A stretch of DNA of 64,000 nt from Mobula hypostoma (GCF_963921235.1 NC_086108.1:77316001-77380000); one strand, 5' to 3'; counted from the first letter of the stretch, positions 1-11,734 are shown. Made by a program: numbers and translations. The notes: generated by a model from the letters alone, not told the origin.

Positions 1-609
1 AAAGAGTGATGGTGAAAGTTGTTCCTTGCAGTCGAAACCTATTATCAATGGTGTGCCATCGGGGTCATGCTGGGACCACGGCTGGATGTGAATGTGCAAG
101 GTATGGTTAATACTTTTGCAGATGATACTAAAATAAGTGGTATTCTAGAAGGTTACCAAAAATTACAGGAGTATTTTGATCTGCTGGGTAAGTGGGTTGA
201 AGATTGGCAAATGGCTTTCAATTTGGATAAGTGCAAAGTTTTGCATTTTGGGAAGTCAAACCAGGGTAGGACTTGTACTGCGAATGGCCACACCCTGCGG
301 AGTGCTGTGGAATCAAGGGACCTAGGAGTACAAATACATAGTTCACTGAAAGTGGTGTCAAAGGTTGATACAGTGATGAAGAAAGGTTTTGCCAGCCTGA
401 CCTTCATCATTCAGGGCACTGAGTGTAGAAATTGTGAAGTCATGTCGCAATTGTACAAGACACTGGTGAGGAGTTTAGTTTTGGTCAGCCTGTTATAGGA
501 AAAACATCGTTATGAAAATGCTGCCAGCATTTAAGGGCCTGAGGTATAGGGGGAGGTTGGGAAGGACTTTATTCATTGAAACATAAAAGTTTGTGGGGTA
601 AACTTATAA

Positions 610-918
610 AGGCATCCATTAGTCTTGCGAGACCATGGATCTGCGCCTGGAAAGTCTTCACTCTCCAGGGCGCAGGCCTGGGCAAGGTTGTATGGAAGAC
701 CAGCAGTTGCCCATGCTGCAAGTCTCCCCCCTCCACGACACTATTGTTGTCCAAGAGAAGGGCATTAGGACCCATACAACTTGGCACCGGTGTCGTCACA
801 GAGCAATGTGTGATTAAGTGCCTTGCTCAAGCACACAACATGTTGCCTCGGCTGGGGCTCGAACTCACTACCTTCAGATCGCTAGTCCAATGCCTTAACC
901 ACTTGGCCATGTGCCCAC
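610..918 (-). mobile_element. tRNA-derived SINE with CORE-like segment and RTE-like body and tail
   Basis: The minus-strand head has an A box (TGGCCAAGTGG) and B box (GAGTTCGAGCC), then GTGCTTGAGCAAGGCACTTAA. Direct repeat GTAAACTTATAA at 598-609 and 926-937 is a probable TSD. Confidence 0.8.
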
Positions 919-1017
919 GTATAGTGTAAACTTATAATGTGTATAAAATCACAAAGGGATCTAGATCGGCTGAATGCACAGTCTTTTTCTCAGCGAAGAG
1001 CAACAAAAGGGGAACCC

Positions 1018-1370
1018 TGGGTATTCTCTCTTCTCCCCTCTATACTCGAGCAGAATATACAAAAACCTGAGAGCAGGTATCACCAAGCCCAAGGGCAGCT
1101 TCCAACCTGGTGTAATAAGGCTATGAAATAGTTCCCTAGATCAATAAGATTGGCTCTTAACCTCACAGTCTACTTCGTTATGATCTAGCATTTTACTTTT
1201 TACCTGTAATGCACTTTCGCTGTAGCTAATGCACTTTATTCGACATTGTTATTGTTTTACCTTGTTCTACGTAATACACTGTGTAATAATTGATCTTTAT
1301 GAACAGTATGTAAAATACCGTACCTCACTACATGTGACAATAAAAAACCGATATCAATACAATACCAATA
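1018..1370 (+). mobile_element. Rex1/Babar-type LINE 3' fragment
   Basis: Degenerate C-terminal LLPSGRRY-like coding remnant, AT-rich UTR, AATAAA and short repeat tail. Resembles the other Rex ends in the window. Confidence 0.65.
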
Positions 1371-1489
1371 AATACAAGAGACTATAGGTTTAAGGATAGA
1401 GGTGAAAGATTTTAAAGGGACCTGAGGGGCAATGCAGAGGGCAGAACTTATATTGAAAGAGTGGCTGAGGCAAGTACAGTAACAATATT

Positions 1490-2800
1490 TAGGGCATTAT
1501 AATAGCATTCTGGAGTTCGGAGTTCAATTCTGGAACTCTTAGTAAGGAGTTTAAACATTCTCCTCATGAACCTTGTTGGTTTCCACAGGGTGCTCTGGTT
1601 TCCTCCCACGTTTCAAAGACATAATGATTATAGGTTAATTGAATCAGAATCAGAATCAGGTTTATTATCACCGGCATGTGATGTGAAATTTGTTAACTTA
1701 GCAGCGGCAGTTCAATGCAACACATAATATAGAAGAGAGAAAATAATAATAATAAATTAAATTATAAAAATTAATAAACCAATAAATCAGTGACTGTATA
1801 GTATATTGAATAGATTTTAGAAAGTGCAAAAACCAGAAATACTGTATATTTTTAAAAAGTGAGGTAGTGTCCAAGGGTTCAATGTCCATTTAGGAATTGG
1901 ATGGCAGAGGGGAAGAAGCTGTTCCTGAATCGCTGAGTGTGTGCCTTCAGGCTTCTGTACCTCCTACCTGATGATAACAGTGAGAAAAGGGCATGCCCCT
2001 GGGTGCCGGGGGTCCTTAATAATGGACGATGCCTTTCTGAGACACCACTCCATGAAGATGTCCTGGGTACTTTGTAGGCTGGTATCCAAGATGGAGCTGA
2101 CTAGATTTACAACCCTCCACAGTTTCTTTCAGTCCTGTGCAGTAGCCCCTCCCCCCCCATACCAGACAGTGATGCAGCCGGTCAGAATGCTCTCCATGGT
2201 ACAACTATAGATGTCTTTGAGTGTATTTGTTGACATGCCAAATCTCTTCAAACTCCTAATGAAGTATAGCCGCTGTCTTGCCTTCTTTATAACTACATCA
2301 ATATGTTGGGACCAGATTAGATCCTCAGGGATCTTGACACCCAGGAAGCTGCTCACTCTCTCCACTTCCGATCCCTCTATGAGAATTGGTACGTGCTTCT
2401 TCATCTTACCCTTCCTGAAGTCCACAATCAGCTCTTTCATCTTACTGACGTTGAGTGCCAGGTTGTTGCTACGGCACTACTCCACTAGTTGGTATATCTC
2501 ACTCCTCTATGCCTTCTCGTCACCAGCTGAGATTCTACCAACAATGGTTGTATCGTCAGCAAATTTATAGATGGTATTTGAGTTATGCCTAGCCACACAG
2601 TCATGTGTATATAGAGAGTAGAGCAGTGGGCTAAGCACATACCCCTGAGGTGTGCCAGTGTTGATCGCCAGTGAGGAGGATTGGTCATTATAAATTGTCC
2701 TGTGATTAGGCTAGTGTTTAATAGTTGGGTTGCTGTGTGGTGTGGTTTGTTGGGCCGGTAGGGCCTGTTCCACACTGTATCTCTAAATAAAAACAAAAAA
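1490..2800 (+). mobile_element. V-SINE-type tRNA SINE split by a Rex1 insertion
   Basis: GGGTGCTCTGGTTTCCTCCCAC...AGGTTAATTG ends at 1641 and continues as TTGGTCATTATAAATTGTCC at 2681 into a CR1-like tail. Homologous to 45724-46238. Confidence 0.75.
1642..2680 (-). mobile_element. Rex1/Babar LINE, 5' truncated
   Basis: ORF 2129-2440 reads KELIVDFRK...KKARQRLYFIRSLKRFG...ESILTGCITVWYG. (GAATCA)n tail at 1641-1658. Confidence 0.9.
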
Positions 2801-3674
2801 AAAAATACATTTAGAAGACATTTGGATAAGTGGATGGTGTTTAGAGAGATAAGGGCCAAATGTGGGCAAATGGGAACTAGCTTGATGGATCCCATGGTTA
2901 GTAAGGATGAGTGAGGAAACATACTGTTTCTATGCAGTATTACTCTTTGAATCAATTACTCTGTGACTCTACTTGAGCAGGGTATCTTGGTAGATTATTT
3001 AAGTGAACATCTAATTGCCAATCTCTGTGAATTTCCATAAAATAGACAAAAACAAAGATGTCAGGTTTCCTTTCCAAAAGGAATCTGTGGATCCTTCCAA
3101 TAATATGGAAACTCCTATGGATACCAATTCTGATGCTAGGTTAGGATATCAAGCCAAGGATGATCAGATATTCAGACGGTGCAGTGAAAGCTGTGTTGCA
3201 GGAAAGAGAGAATTCTTTCACCACAGAGAACTCTAAACCCTGTTGGCAATATGTGGGCAGTAGGTGGGAAGAGCCCTTTTTGGAGATCACTACTTGGGTC
3301 AGAGAACAGGGCTACAATGGTGTAAATCCTTCATCAAGCTGTTTTCACACACTTTTCTTACAGACTGGTCACAGTTGCTGCTCACATTTTCCCTATGTCT
3401 AACACCCTACACAGCAGGCATCAATTATTTGACAATGGAAAACAAATTCACATAAGGTGGTACCAGCAACCAAACTTCTTTCTTGCCGGGGAAGGACATG
3501 TACAAAATTAGGGGGGAGGCCAAGCTCTCCTCCCTACAGAATAAAGCAGGCATCAGCGACAGTGAAGAAAACAAAGCACAAGGCCTCACCAAGTCTCATT
3601 CTTTCACCATAATGTGATAAAAGGCAGTTTTCAGATCTTTGTTCTATTTCTTTGACTCAAACACTCATTTCCAG

Positions 3675-3791
3675 TGTCGAAACTGTGGAGACACTGCTTC
3701 AGTTTGAAGAGGAGAAAACAAGGGGAACCTCAACTCGACCCCCAGCAAATGCCAACTGAGAGAAGAATAGTATGTACATTCTCCTCCACAG
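3675..3791 (+). CDS. Candidate internal coding exon of an unidentified host gene (117 nt, phase 1 at both ends)
   Basis: Acceptor ctcatttccag and donor CAG|gtagga. Only one frame is open: SKLWRHCFSLKRRKQGEPQLDPQQMPTERRIVCTFSST. Sequence is non-repetitive. No homolog recognised. Confidence 0.4.
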
Positions 3792-3815
3792 GTAGGAGAA
3801 GATTACAAATCTTGG

Positions 3816-5245
3816 TCATAGAGAGTCATAGAGCATAGAAACAGGCCCTAGTTCATGCCAAACTATTATCCTGCTAGTCGTATCAATCTGTACCTGGACT
3901 ATAGCACTCCAAAGCTCCCCCATCAATGTACTTATCCAAACTATCTTGAATTTTGAAATCAAACCGCACATAAAATCCTATAGCATTACAGGAAAGCTAC
4001 TGGCATGGATAGAGGAATGGCTGACAGCCAGGAGCAGTGAGTGGAAATAAAGGGAACCTTTCCTGGTTGGCTGCCAGTGACTAGTGGTGTTCCTCAGGGG
4101 TCACTATTGGGACCGTTACTTCTCGCATTGTTTGTTAATAATTTGGATAATGGAATTGATAGCTTTGTGGCAGAATTTGCAGATGATATAAAGATAGGTG
4201 GAGGATAAAGATAAAGATGGCCTGCTTCCGTGCTGTAATTGTCATATGGTTATATGAGGGGTAGGTAGTGCTGAGGAAGCAATGCGATTGCAGCAGGAAG
4301 ATGGACGAATGGGCAAAAAAGTGGGAGATGGAATACAATGTTGTGAAATGTATGATAATACATTTTGGTAAACGGAACAACAGTGCGGACTATTATCTAA
4401 ATGGGGAGAAGGTTCAAGCATCAGAGATGCAGAGAGACTTAGGGGATCTTGTGCAAGACAACCAGAAGCTTAATTTACAGGTTGAGTCTGTGGTAAAGAA
4501 GGCAAATGCAATGTTGGCATTTATTTCAAGGAGAATAGAATATAAAAGCAAGGAGATAATACCAAAACTTTATAAGGCACCAGTCAGGCCGCATTTGGAG
4601 TATTGTTAACAGTTTTGGGCCCCATATCTAGAAAGGATGTGTTGTCATTGGAGAGAGTCCAGAGGAGGATCACGAGGATGATTCTGGGAATAAAGGGGTT
4701 AACATATGAGGAGTGTTTAACAGCTTTGGGCCTGTACTCACTGGAATTTAGAAGTATGCAGGGGGATCTCATTGAAACATACCAAATGTTGAAAGGACAA
4801 GATAGGGTGAACGTGGAAAGGATGTTTCTGTTGGTGGGTATATCCAGAACTAGAGGGCACAGTCTCAAAACTAAGGGGCAACCTTTTAGAACAGAAGTAA
4901 GGAGGAATTTTTTTTTGGCCAGATAGTAGTGAATCTGTGGAATGCTCTGTCATGGATTGTGGTGGAGGCCGAGTTCGTGGGTATATTTAAGGTAGAAGTT
5001 GATCGTTTCCTGATCGGTTAGGGCATCAAATGATATGGTGAGAAGACCGGTGTATGGAGTTGAGTGGGATCGGGGATCAAATATGATGGAGTGGCAGAGC
5101 AGACTCAATGGGCAGAATGGCCTAACTCTGCTCCCTTGTCTTATGGTTTTATGGACCTGCAGGCAACTCATTCCACATTCTCGCCATCCTCTGAGTGAAG
5201 ACGTTCCCCTTAAACATTTCAGCTTTCAACCTTAAGCTGTGACTT
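3816..5245 (-). mobile_element. CR1 3' end fragment split by a second CR1
   Basis: Reverse-oriented CR1 tail at 3816-3969 continues at about 5154-5245 (ggcaactcattccacattctc). Confidence 0.65.
3970..5153 (+). mobile_element. CR1 LINE RT and 3' end, decayed
   Basis: GVPQGS and FADD motifs. ORFs 4268-4609 (WAKKWEMEYN...RPHLEYC) and 4603-4926. Tail ttatggttttatgg. Confidence 0.9.
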
Positions 5246-5342
5246 CTAGCATCCAAGGGACCTCACATAGTGTTTTATTTGTCCAATTGTATTAATTCCC
5301 TCTGCTCTATTCTGCCTTCTAAATTGCTTCCTTTTCTTTCAG

Positions 5343-5470
5343 CTCAGTTGCAATCTCTCCTTGACTGTCTAACTGCAATAGAACCATTCAGAAAGCATCA
5401 AAAAAATAATTCATTGCCAGCAGAATCTTCTCTGGACAGAAAACTAATCTACCTTTCAGAGACTGATTAG
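5343..5470 (+). CDS. Candidate terminal coding exon of the same unidentified gene
   Basis: Strong acceptor ttccttttctttcag. The longest frame is phase-compatible with exon 3675-3791: (A)QLQSLLDCLTAIEPFRKHQKNNSLPAESSLDRKLIYLSETD then TAG. Confidence 0.45.
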
Positions 5471-6600
5471 TACCCTCATTGAAAAAGCAGCTTTGAAACC
5501 GACTCTAATACTTGAATCATCTAAGCAGCTCAATTGAGGGTCAATGCTGCCAGCTGGCACTACGAGTTGCTGAGTGATTTATCAGGTTATGAGGCATGCA
5601 TTCGAGAACTCAGAACTTAACGACTGGTGCGGACTCAGTAGGATAAAGGCCTGGCTCCAAGCTGGATTGCTCTATGCCTCTATGACTCCCATGTCATTAA
5701 AGAATCATAATACAAGCATGCAACCCTCGTTTAAGAACTTAACCAGTTCAGGCACAGTTTCTGGATTTCTTTTGAGGGTTCAAACCAACATTGTAGACGA
5801 TGCTATCAACTCGTCCACCAACCTGGCTGAGTACATTGCCACCACATCTGCCCTTGAGAAACATGGCAGTGCTCTTAAATATTGTGTTGAAAGAGTTTTG
5901 TTTCAAGAGCCACTGTGCTGTAAATAGTATTCAGTAGAACTTTCTTTTAAGCATCATTTTCACCTCCTTTTGCTTGGTAAAAGAAACAACAATCAGCATG
6001 CCTTCCCATTGGGCTCCAACACTAAGGCTTCAGATAAGAGGATCCTGTTTTAAGAAGATGGGTCCCTATTTTATGAGCTACAACATTTTTAAATTGGGGT
6101 TTGCTTAACATTTTTTTGTTTTCTGGCCTTATTTGTCACATTCTAATGCTAAACCTCCATTTCAACTGTGCCAAAAGGCCTGTAATGGCTCTTTTAGGCA
6201 AAAAGCTTATCTTTTCCCTGGCACATTTAAGCAATAACTGAATTTCTAGTGCACTTTAGATTTATGCATATTTTATATTTATTCAGTGACTCTCTGTCCA
6301 GTCCAAAAAACATAGCAGAGTATAAAATAAATATTAATAGTCCTTTTTAAAATAAACCCAAATGCGGTGTTGTACAAAGATGTACATGATATTTCCAATG
6401 GAAGAAAATTCATTTGTAATCAGCCATTCAGGATGAATCTAACCATGTAAACAGTTAAATAATTCTTTATTGTGTAATGGCTACTGATTTAGCCATTGCG
6501 TGGAAGGCCAATTACTCTGTAGAAGAGCCCACATTATTTTCACAGGGCATAGTCCCAACTTCCTGTACAATAAATGTATACAGCTTATAAATAATGTTAT
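5471..6600 (+). other. Candidate 3' UTR with polyadenylation signals
   Basis: Stretch with no recognised TE after the stop codon. AATAAA at 6326, 6351 and 6569. GTGCCAAA (about 6168) and GCACTTT (6251) resemble miRNA seed sites. Confidence 0.35.
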
Positions 6601-6807
6601 TGTCAGAAGGCTTGGACTCTGTTATGAAGTTGGAAGTCCAACAAGACAAAATGGTCAGTCAGGCATTTTTTTTGTTATAAGTGGCAAGGAGACAAAGATG
6701 CCAAAAGAATGACAGAATTAAATTACTTTAACACTTCCAGTAAAGCACCATTATTAGATTAATCTACATTAACATCATGAATTTTCTCCCTAGTTAAAAA
6801 AAACAGC

Positions 6808-7275
6808 CTACACCTTTATTCCTTTTGCCAAAGTGCATGACTATATAATTCCCTACACTATATTCCATCTGCCACTTCTTTACATATCTTCCCAGCTTCC
6901 CAGTCTAAGTCCTTCTGCAGACTCCCTGCTTCCTCAACACTACCTGCCCCTCCACCGATTTTTATATCATCCACAAACTTGGTCAAAAAACCATCAATCC
7001 CTTTATCCAAATGATTGACGTACTGCACAACATGAAAAGAAGTGGTCCTAATACCGACCCCTGTGGAACACCACTAGTCTCTAGCTGTCAAAATTAAAAG
7101 TCCCCTTTATTCCCACTCTTTGCCTCCTGCCAGTCAGTCTTCTATCCACACTAGTATCTTTCCCGTAATACCGTGGGCACTTATCTTGCTTAGCAGCCTC
7201 ACGTGTGAAACCTTGTCAGAGGCCTTCTGAAAAACCAAGTCAACACATCATCTGACTTTCCATTATCTATTTTTC
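6808..7275 (-). mobile_element. CR1 RT fragment
   Basis: Reverse complement of [14 protein letters not shown] and DFQKASDKV coding sequence. Confidence 0.85.
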
Positions 7276-7280
7276 TTAAA

Positions 7281-8935
7281 CTTTCACTCAACTTAAAAAA
7301 AAACAAAGAAATGATTGTCGATTTCAGGAAATCAAAAAGGTATGAATAAGTTCCACTACTCATAAATGGTGAAACAGTGGACAGTGGTCTCCATTTTTAA
7401 GTTCACAAACACGAGAAAGTCTGCAGATTCTGGAAATCCAAAGCAACACGCACAAAATGCTGGAGGAACTCAGCAGGCCAAGCAACATCAATAGAAAAGA
7501 GTAGACAGTCGACATTTTAGGCCAAGATCCTTCATCGGGACTGGAAAGAAAGAAAAGTCAGTATAAGAAGGAGAGGAGAGGGGAGGAGGAAGTACAAGGT
7601 GGTAGGTGATAGGTGAAATTGGGTGAGGAGGAGGGGTGAAGTAAAGAGCTGGGAAGTTGATTGGTGAAAGAGACAAAGAACTGCGGAAGGGGAATCTGAT
7701 TGGAAAGGACAGAAGTCCATGGAAGAAAGGGAAGGGGTAGGAGAACCAAAGGACGGTTATGGGCAGGTAGATTGATAAGTTGAGAGAGGGAAATAGGAAT
7801 GGGGAATGATAAAAGGTGGGAGACAACTACCGGAAATTCGAGAAGTCGATGTTCATGCCATTAGTCTGGAGGCTATCCAGATGGAATATACGGCATTGCT
7901 CCTCAAACCTGAGTGTGGCCTCATCGTGGCAGTAGAGGAGACCATGGAATGACATGTCAGAATGGGAATGGGAAGTAGAATTGAAATGGGTGCCCACTGA
8001 AAGGTCCTGCTTTTTGTGGCGGACGGAGCATAGCTGCTTGGCAAAGCGGTCTCCCAAACTACGTTGGGTCTCACTGATATACAGGAGGCCGCTACTGCCA
8101 TGATGACAGAGCACTGAACGGAGCAGCACTGCAGTCTCGTTGTCCTCAGCAATGACAATAATGCTCTAACTCTCTAACTAACTACACTGTTGATTAAACA
8201 GAAACGTTGACTATTTACTTCTTTTCCATTGATGCTCCCTGGCTGGCTGAGTTCCTCCAGCATTTTGTGTGTGTTGCTCCCCATTTTTAAGTCCTTGCTG
8301 GTGAACATCACAGAGGAGTTCTCCTGGAGCACCAACATCTCCTTGAGAGCAGGGAAGGCTCACCAACACCTATACTATCCTGCGAGTTTTAAAGAGAGCA
8401 AATCTGTCCCAAAGGCTGCTGGTAAACCTTTACTGATGTGTAATTGTGAGCATACTGGCTGAGAATATGGTACGCAAGCTGCAACAAGATTGGCCAAAAA
8501 GCACTTTAGCAAGTGATTATGACTGCACAGAACACCACTGGGACACAACTACCAGATATAGAAACCATCTACAACTCACGATGTCTGTGGAAGTCTCTCA
8601 AAATAGATTCATCCCACCTCGGTAATCACATGTTCAATCTCCTACCACCTGGCAGGAGATGCAGAAACATCTCTGTGTGGACATCCAGACTGAAAACCAA
8701 CTTCCTTCCCAGGGTTATTGTGCAACTGAACAATGCCCCATTTTAGAGTTATTTGTTTTTAATTCAGTCGTAACTGAGATGTCACTCTAAATAACTCAGA
8801 TGTTATTTTAAATTTAGTCATTGTGCTTTTAATAATTGAATTACCAGTGTGCTGCTTTGCACTGACCGTAGCAGCACTGCAATCTCGTTGTCTTCAGCAA
8901 TGATAGTAAAGCTCTAACTATCCAACCAACTACAC
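7281..8935 (+). mobile_element. Rex1/Babar LINE 3' part interrupted by a Penelope-like element
   Basis: KEMIVDFRK near 7305. ORF 8513-8746 has FNLLPPGRRCR...TSRLKTNFLPR. The element resumes at 8293. Confidence 0.8.
7405..8280 (-). mobile_element. Penelope-like element fragment (GIY-YIG endonuclease end) with inverted pseudo-LTR termini
   Basis: ORF 7827-8129 has LLYISETQRSLGDRFAKQL...GTHFNSTSH...LRFEEQ. About 7442-7518 is inverted relative to 8201-8278. TSD CCATTTTTAAGT at 7391-7402 and 8281-8292. Confidence 0.85.
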
Positions 8936-10385
8936 TATTGATTAAGCATTCTTTGCTTAAATAATTTATTATGGGTTATATGTAAAATTATGTGAACGAA
9001 ATATTGTCAGTCATCATGCCACCATGTCATACGGTCATGGCTCACTAAAGTAAAAAGAAAATCAAGGCACATTATTCCCAGCTCCCTTGTTTATCTTTCA
9101 GTTGGTTTTATGTATTGAAGTTACAAAATATAATAGTTGCGATGAGGTATTTTTAAACAAACTCAAGATGACTACCTACCTGTTGAAGCACTGTGAGATG
9201 TTTTGAGTTTTAAAAAAACTGCAGAGAGATGTTTGAGTTGAAAAACAGCTGCACAGCACAGTGTCTCTTTGGAAGGGAGACAGAGAAGATGGTTGAGTTT
9301 AAAAAAAGGCAGAAAATGGACAAATTCAGGTGTTCATAAATGTTGAGTACTGGCGATAATAATAAATAAAAAAAGAGCAGAGATGGCTGGCTACATCGGA
9401 AAGATAAACACGTTTGCTTGCATAACAGTTAACCGTTTTATGTTCAATGAGCAAATTGAACAGTATTTTCAAGCAAATGGAATAGCCAATGAAAAGCAAG
9501 TGCCAGTTTTGCTGAGTGAATTGAATTTAAACACATACAGTTTGCTTAGAAGTTTAACAGGTCGAAGCAAACCAACCGAAATTATCTTTGCTGATATCAT
9601 GAAAATAATGCAGGAACATTTAGAGCCAAAACCATTGTTGATTGCAGAATGCTTTTGGTTTCATAAGTAGAATCAAAAGAAAGGGGAGTCCATTTCAGCA
9701 TATGTGACTGAACTGATTGCTAGTATTGTCAGTTCAGTGATAGTCGTAGTAATGTACTGAGAGATCATTTAGTTTGTGGAATCTTACAAGAAAGCGTTCA
9801 AAAATGGCTCCTGGCTGAAGCACAACTTATATTTATAACAGCAGTTGAAATTACTGTATCAGTAGAAACAGCAGTCAGAGATGCAATTGAGTTGCATTCA
9901 TGAATGAAAGTGAACGTGAACAAATTTGCAACGTCTAGACAGAAACAGGCCTGGCCAAACAAATTGTGTTACCTTTGTGGCAGGGGCTCACATATACCAA
10001 ACCAATACAGATTTAAAGGTGAAACTTGCAAAAAAATGCAACAATGTAGGACACATACTAAGAGCATGTTGGGCAGACAAAATAAAGATAAGAAGTCTAG
10101 TTGTAGTTTCAAAAAGAGCAATAATCTGTATTCTTGATAAAAAATCTGATCATGATGAGAGTGATACTGGACTGGGTAGCTTTGAAATTTAAAATTTTGT
10201 AAACTAATAACAGACAAGCAATATGGCCGACACCAGAAATGAATGGCAAATTAATTAAAATGGAATTGGACACTGGCTCAGCTGTTTCAGTTATTCCAGA
10301 AAATGAGTGTGAGCATTATTTTGAAGATATTGGACTAAATCCTGCAGATATCCAACTAAGAACTTGTACTGGAGAAAAGATAACT
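8936..10385 (+). mobile_element. Ty3/Gypsy LTR retrotransposon 5' part (partial LTR, gag, protease)
   Basis: LTR similar to 57075-57313 and 61420-61650. PBS-like gttgcgatgag at about 9136. gag ORF 9383-9670, degenerate zinc knuckles, protease MELDTGSAVSVI at about 10260. Confidence 0.85.
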
Positions 10386-11120
10386 CAATCCTTTAACTGC
10401 TATATTTAACTGCCCCCTCTTTTGTTTTATGTTGTCTTTGACTTCTCTTGTCGACCACAGTTGCATCACTCTCCCTTTAGAATTCTTCTTAATCTTTGGG
10501 ATCTTTTATGCACCTTCTGAATTTCTCTAAGGAAATCCAGCCATTGCTGTCCCCTTAGGAAGTGAGTGAAAATGGAGAACAGAGGGGAAATACACTCAGA
10601 CATATGGCAGAGAACATACAAACTTCACACAGACAGTAGCAGAGGTCAGTAACTAACGCAGGCTGCTGGAGCTATGTGGCAGTATTAGTACGATCACAGT
10701 AGACTAACTGAAATATGAATACATTAGCTAGATTTTCTTCCCTGAATGGTATATACTGGAAATGTTGCTGGCTGGAGTACCATGTCTAGCTTAATTCAAA
10801 GCTTATCCTGTTTATGTTTTAAACACATTACGGTGGGAAAACATCAAGCTTGCACCTGCCGGAAGATGGAGATCAAAGTTTCCTATCATATGCACTTTGA
10901 TGTCAAGAGTCTGTATCAATCTGGTCTGCATTTTTAGTGGGAGAAGGAAAACATAACCAACTAATTTATCTGGGCTTGACAGGTCCCAACTCAAAAGGAA
11001 GAACCAAGAATAAAACCAGATAACTTAGACATGTAAATTATTAAATATGTGGCTAGTTCAGTGGTTAAATGTGAAATTATTCTCTTTTGTAGAAAAATCA
11101 GAAAGGCATAATATTACTTA

Positions 11121-11679
11121 TGTAACACGCTGTAAGGTTTCACTGTGAATGTAATGGTTTCTCTGAAGCAGCAAAGTTTGGGTTATGACTACAGATAATG
11201 GGGCTTTGGAATGTGGGTCTATCCAGTGAGAGGAATGTTCTTCCTTCTCGTGAGACTGGAAGAGAGATTTTTGCGGTCTTTTGTCGGCGAGAGAGGAAGA
11301 AGGAAGTTGGGTGTGGAGAGAGCTGGTAGACCACCAGATGGAGTGGACTGGGAGCAGGGGTCCGAAGGTCAATGATGCTCGGAGGTAGTCAATAGTTGAT
11401 GAATGGCCGTATCAGTGAGCTCCAACGTGCATTTCTGACTTTTTCCTTAAAATGGGTCTCTTTTCTTTTTATTTTCTTTACTAACCCTATATTCAGATTA
11501 AGATATATAAAGTTCAATCATTTAATTGCATATGGTGTACTGTCTGATATTTTGCGGTGTGGATTTGTAACTGGGCAACACATCACGCAGCATCCACACA
11601 AGCGAGATTTCTCAGTTTGGCAGGGCCAGAAGCTGTCTTCTCCTAGACGAACATGTGCTGGCCGAGCCTGACGGTTACA
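11121..11679 (+). mobile_element. Solo LTR
   Basis: TGTAAC...GTTACA inverted termini with near-identical 4-bp flanks ctta and ccta. Confidence 0.75.
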
Positions 11680-11734
11680 CCTAAATATTGATAGATAGTG
11701 AAATATTGTAGTACAAAGGGTCCTGTGTGACCTG

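Larger units (their letters stand above)
1..2972 (+). mobile_element. CR1-clade LINE 3' portion (RT C-terminus and tail), interrupted by four younger insertions
   Basis: ORF 19-498 carries CR1 RT motifs FADDTK, WQMAFNLDKCKVLHFG and RDLGV. CR1 sequence resumes at about 926, 1371 and 2806 and ends near 2970. Confidence 0.9.

Noticed and set aside
3015..3455. Short ORFs and an acceptor-like site at 3363
   Set aside because: No recognisable protein and no convincing phase-compatible donor linking to the exon at 3675.
5574..5927. 117-aa ORF
   Set aside because: GTG start, no motif, and it lies in the candidate 3' UTR.
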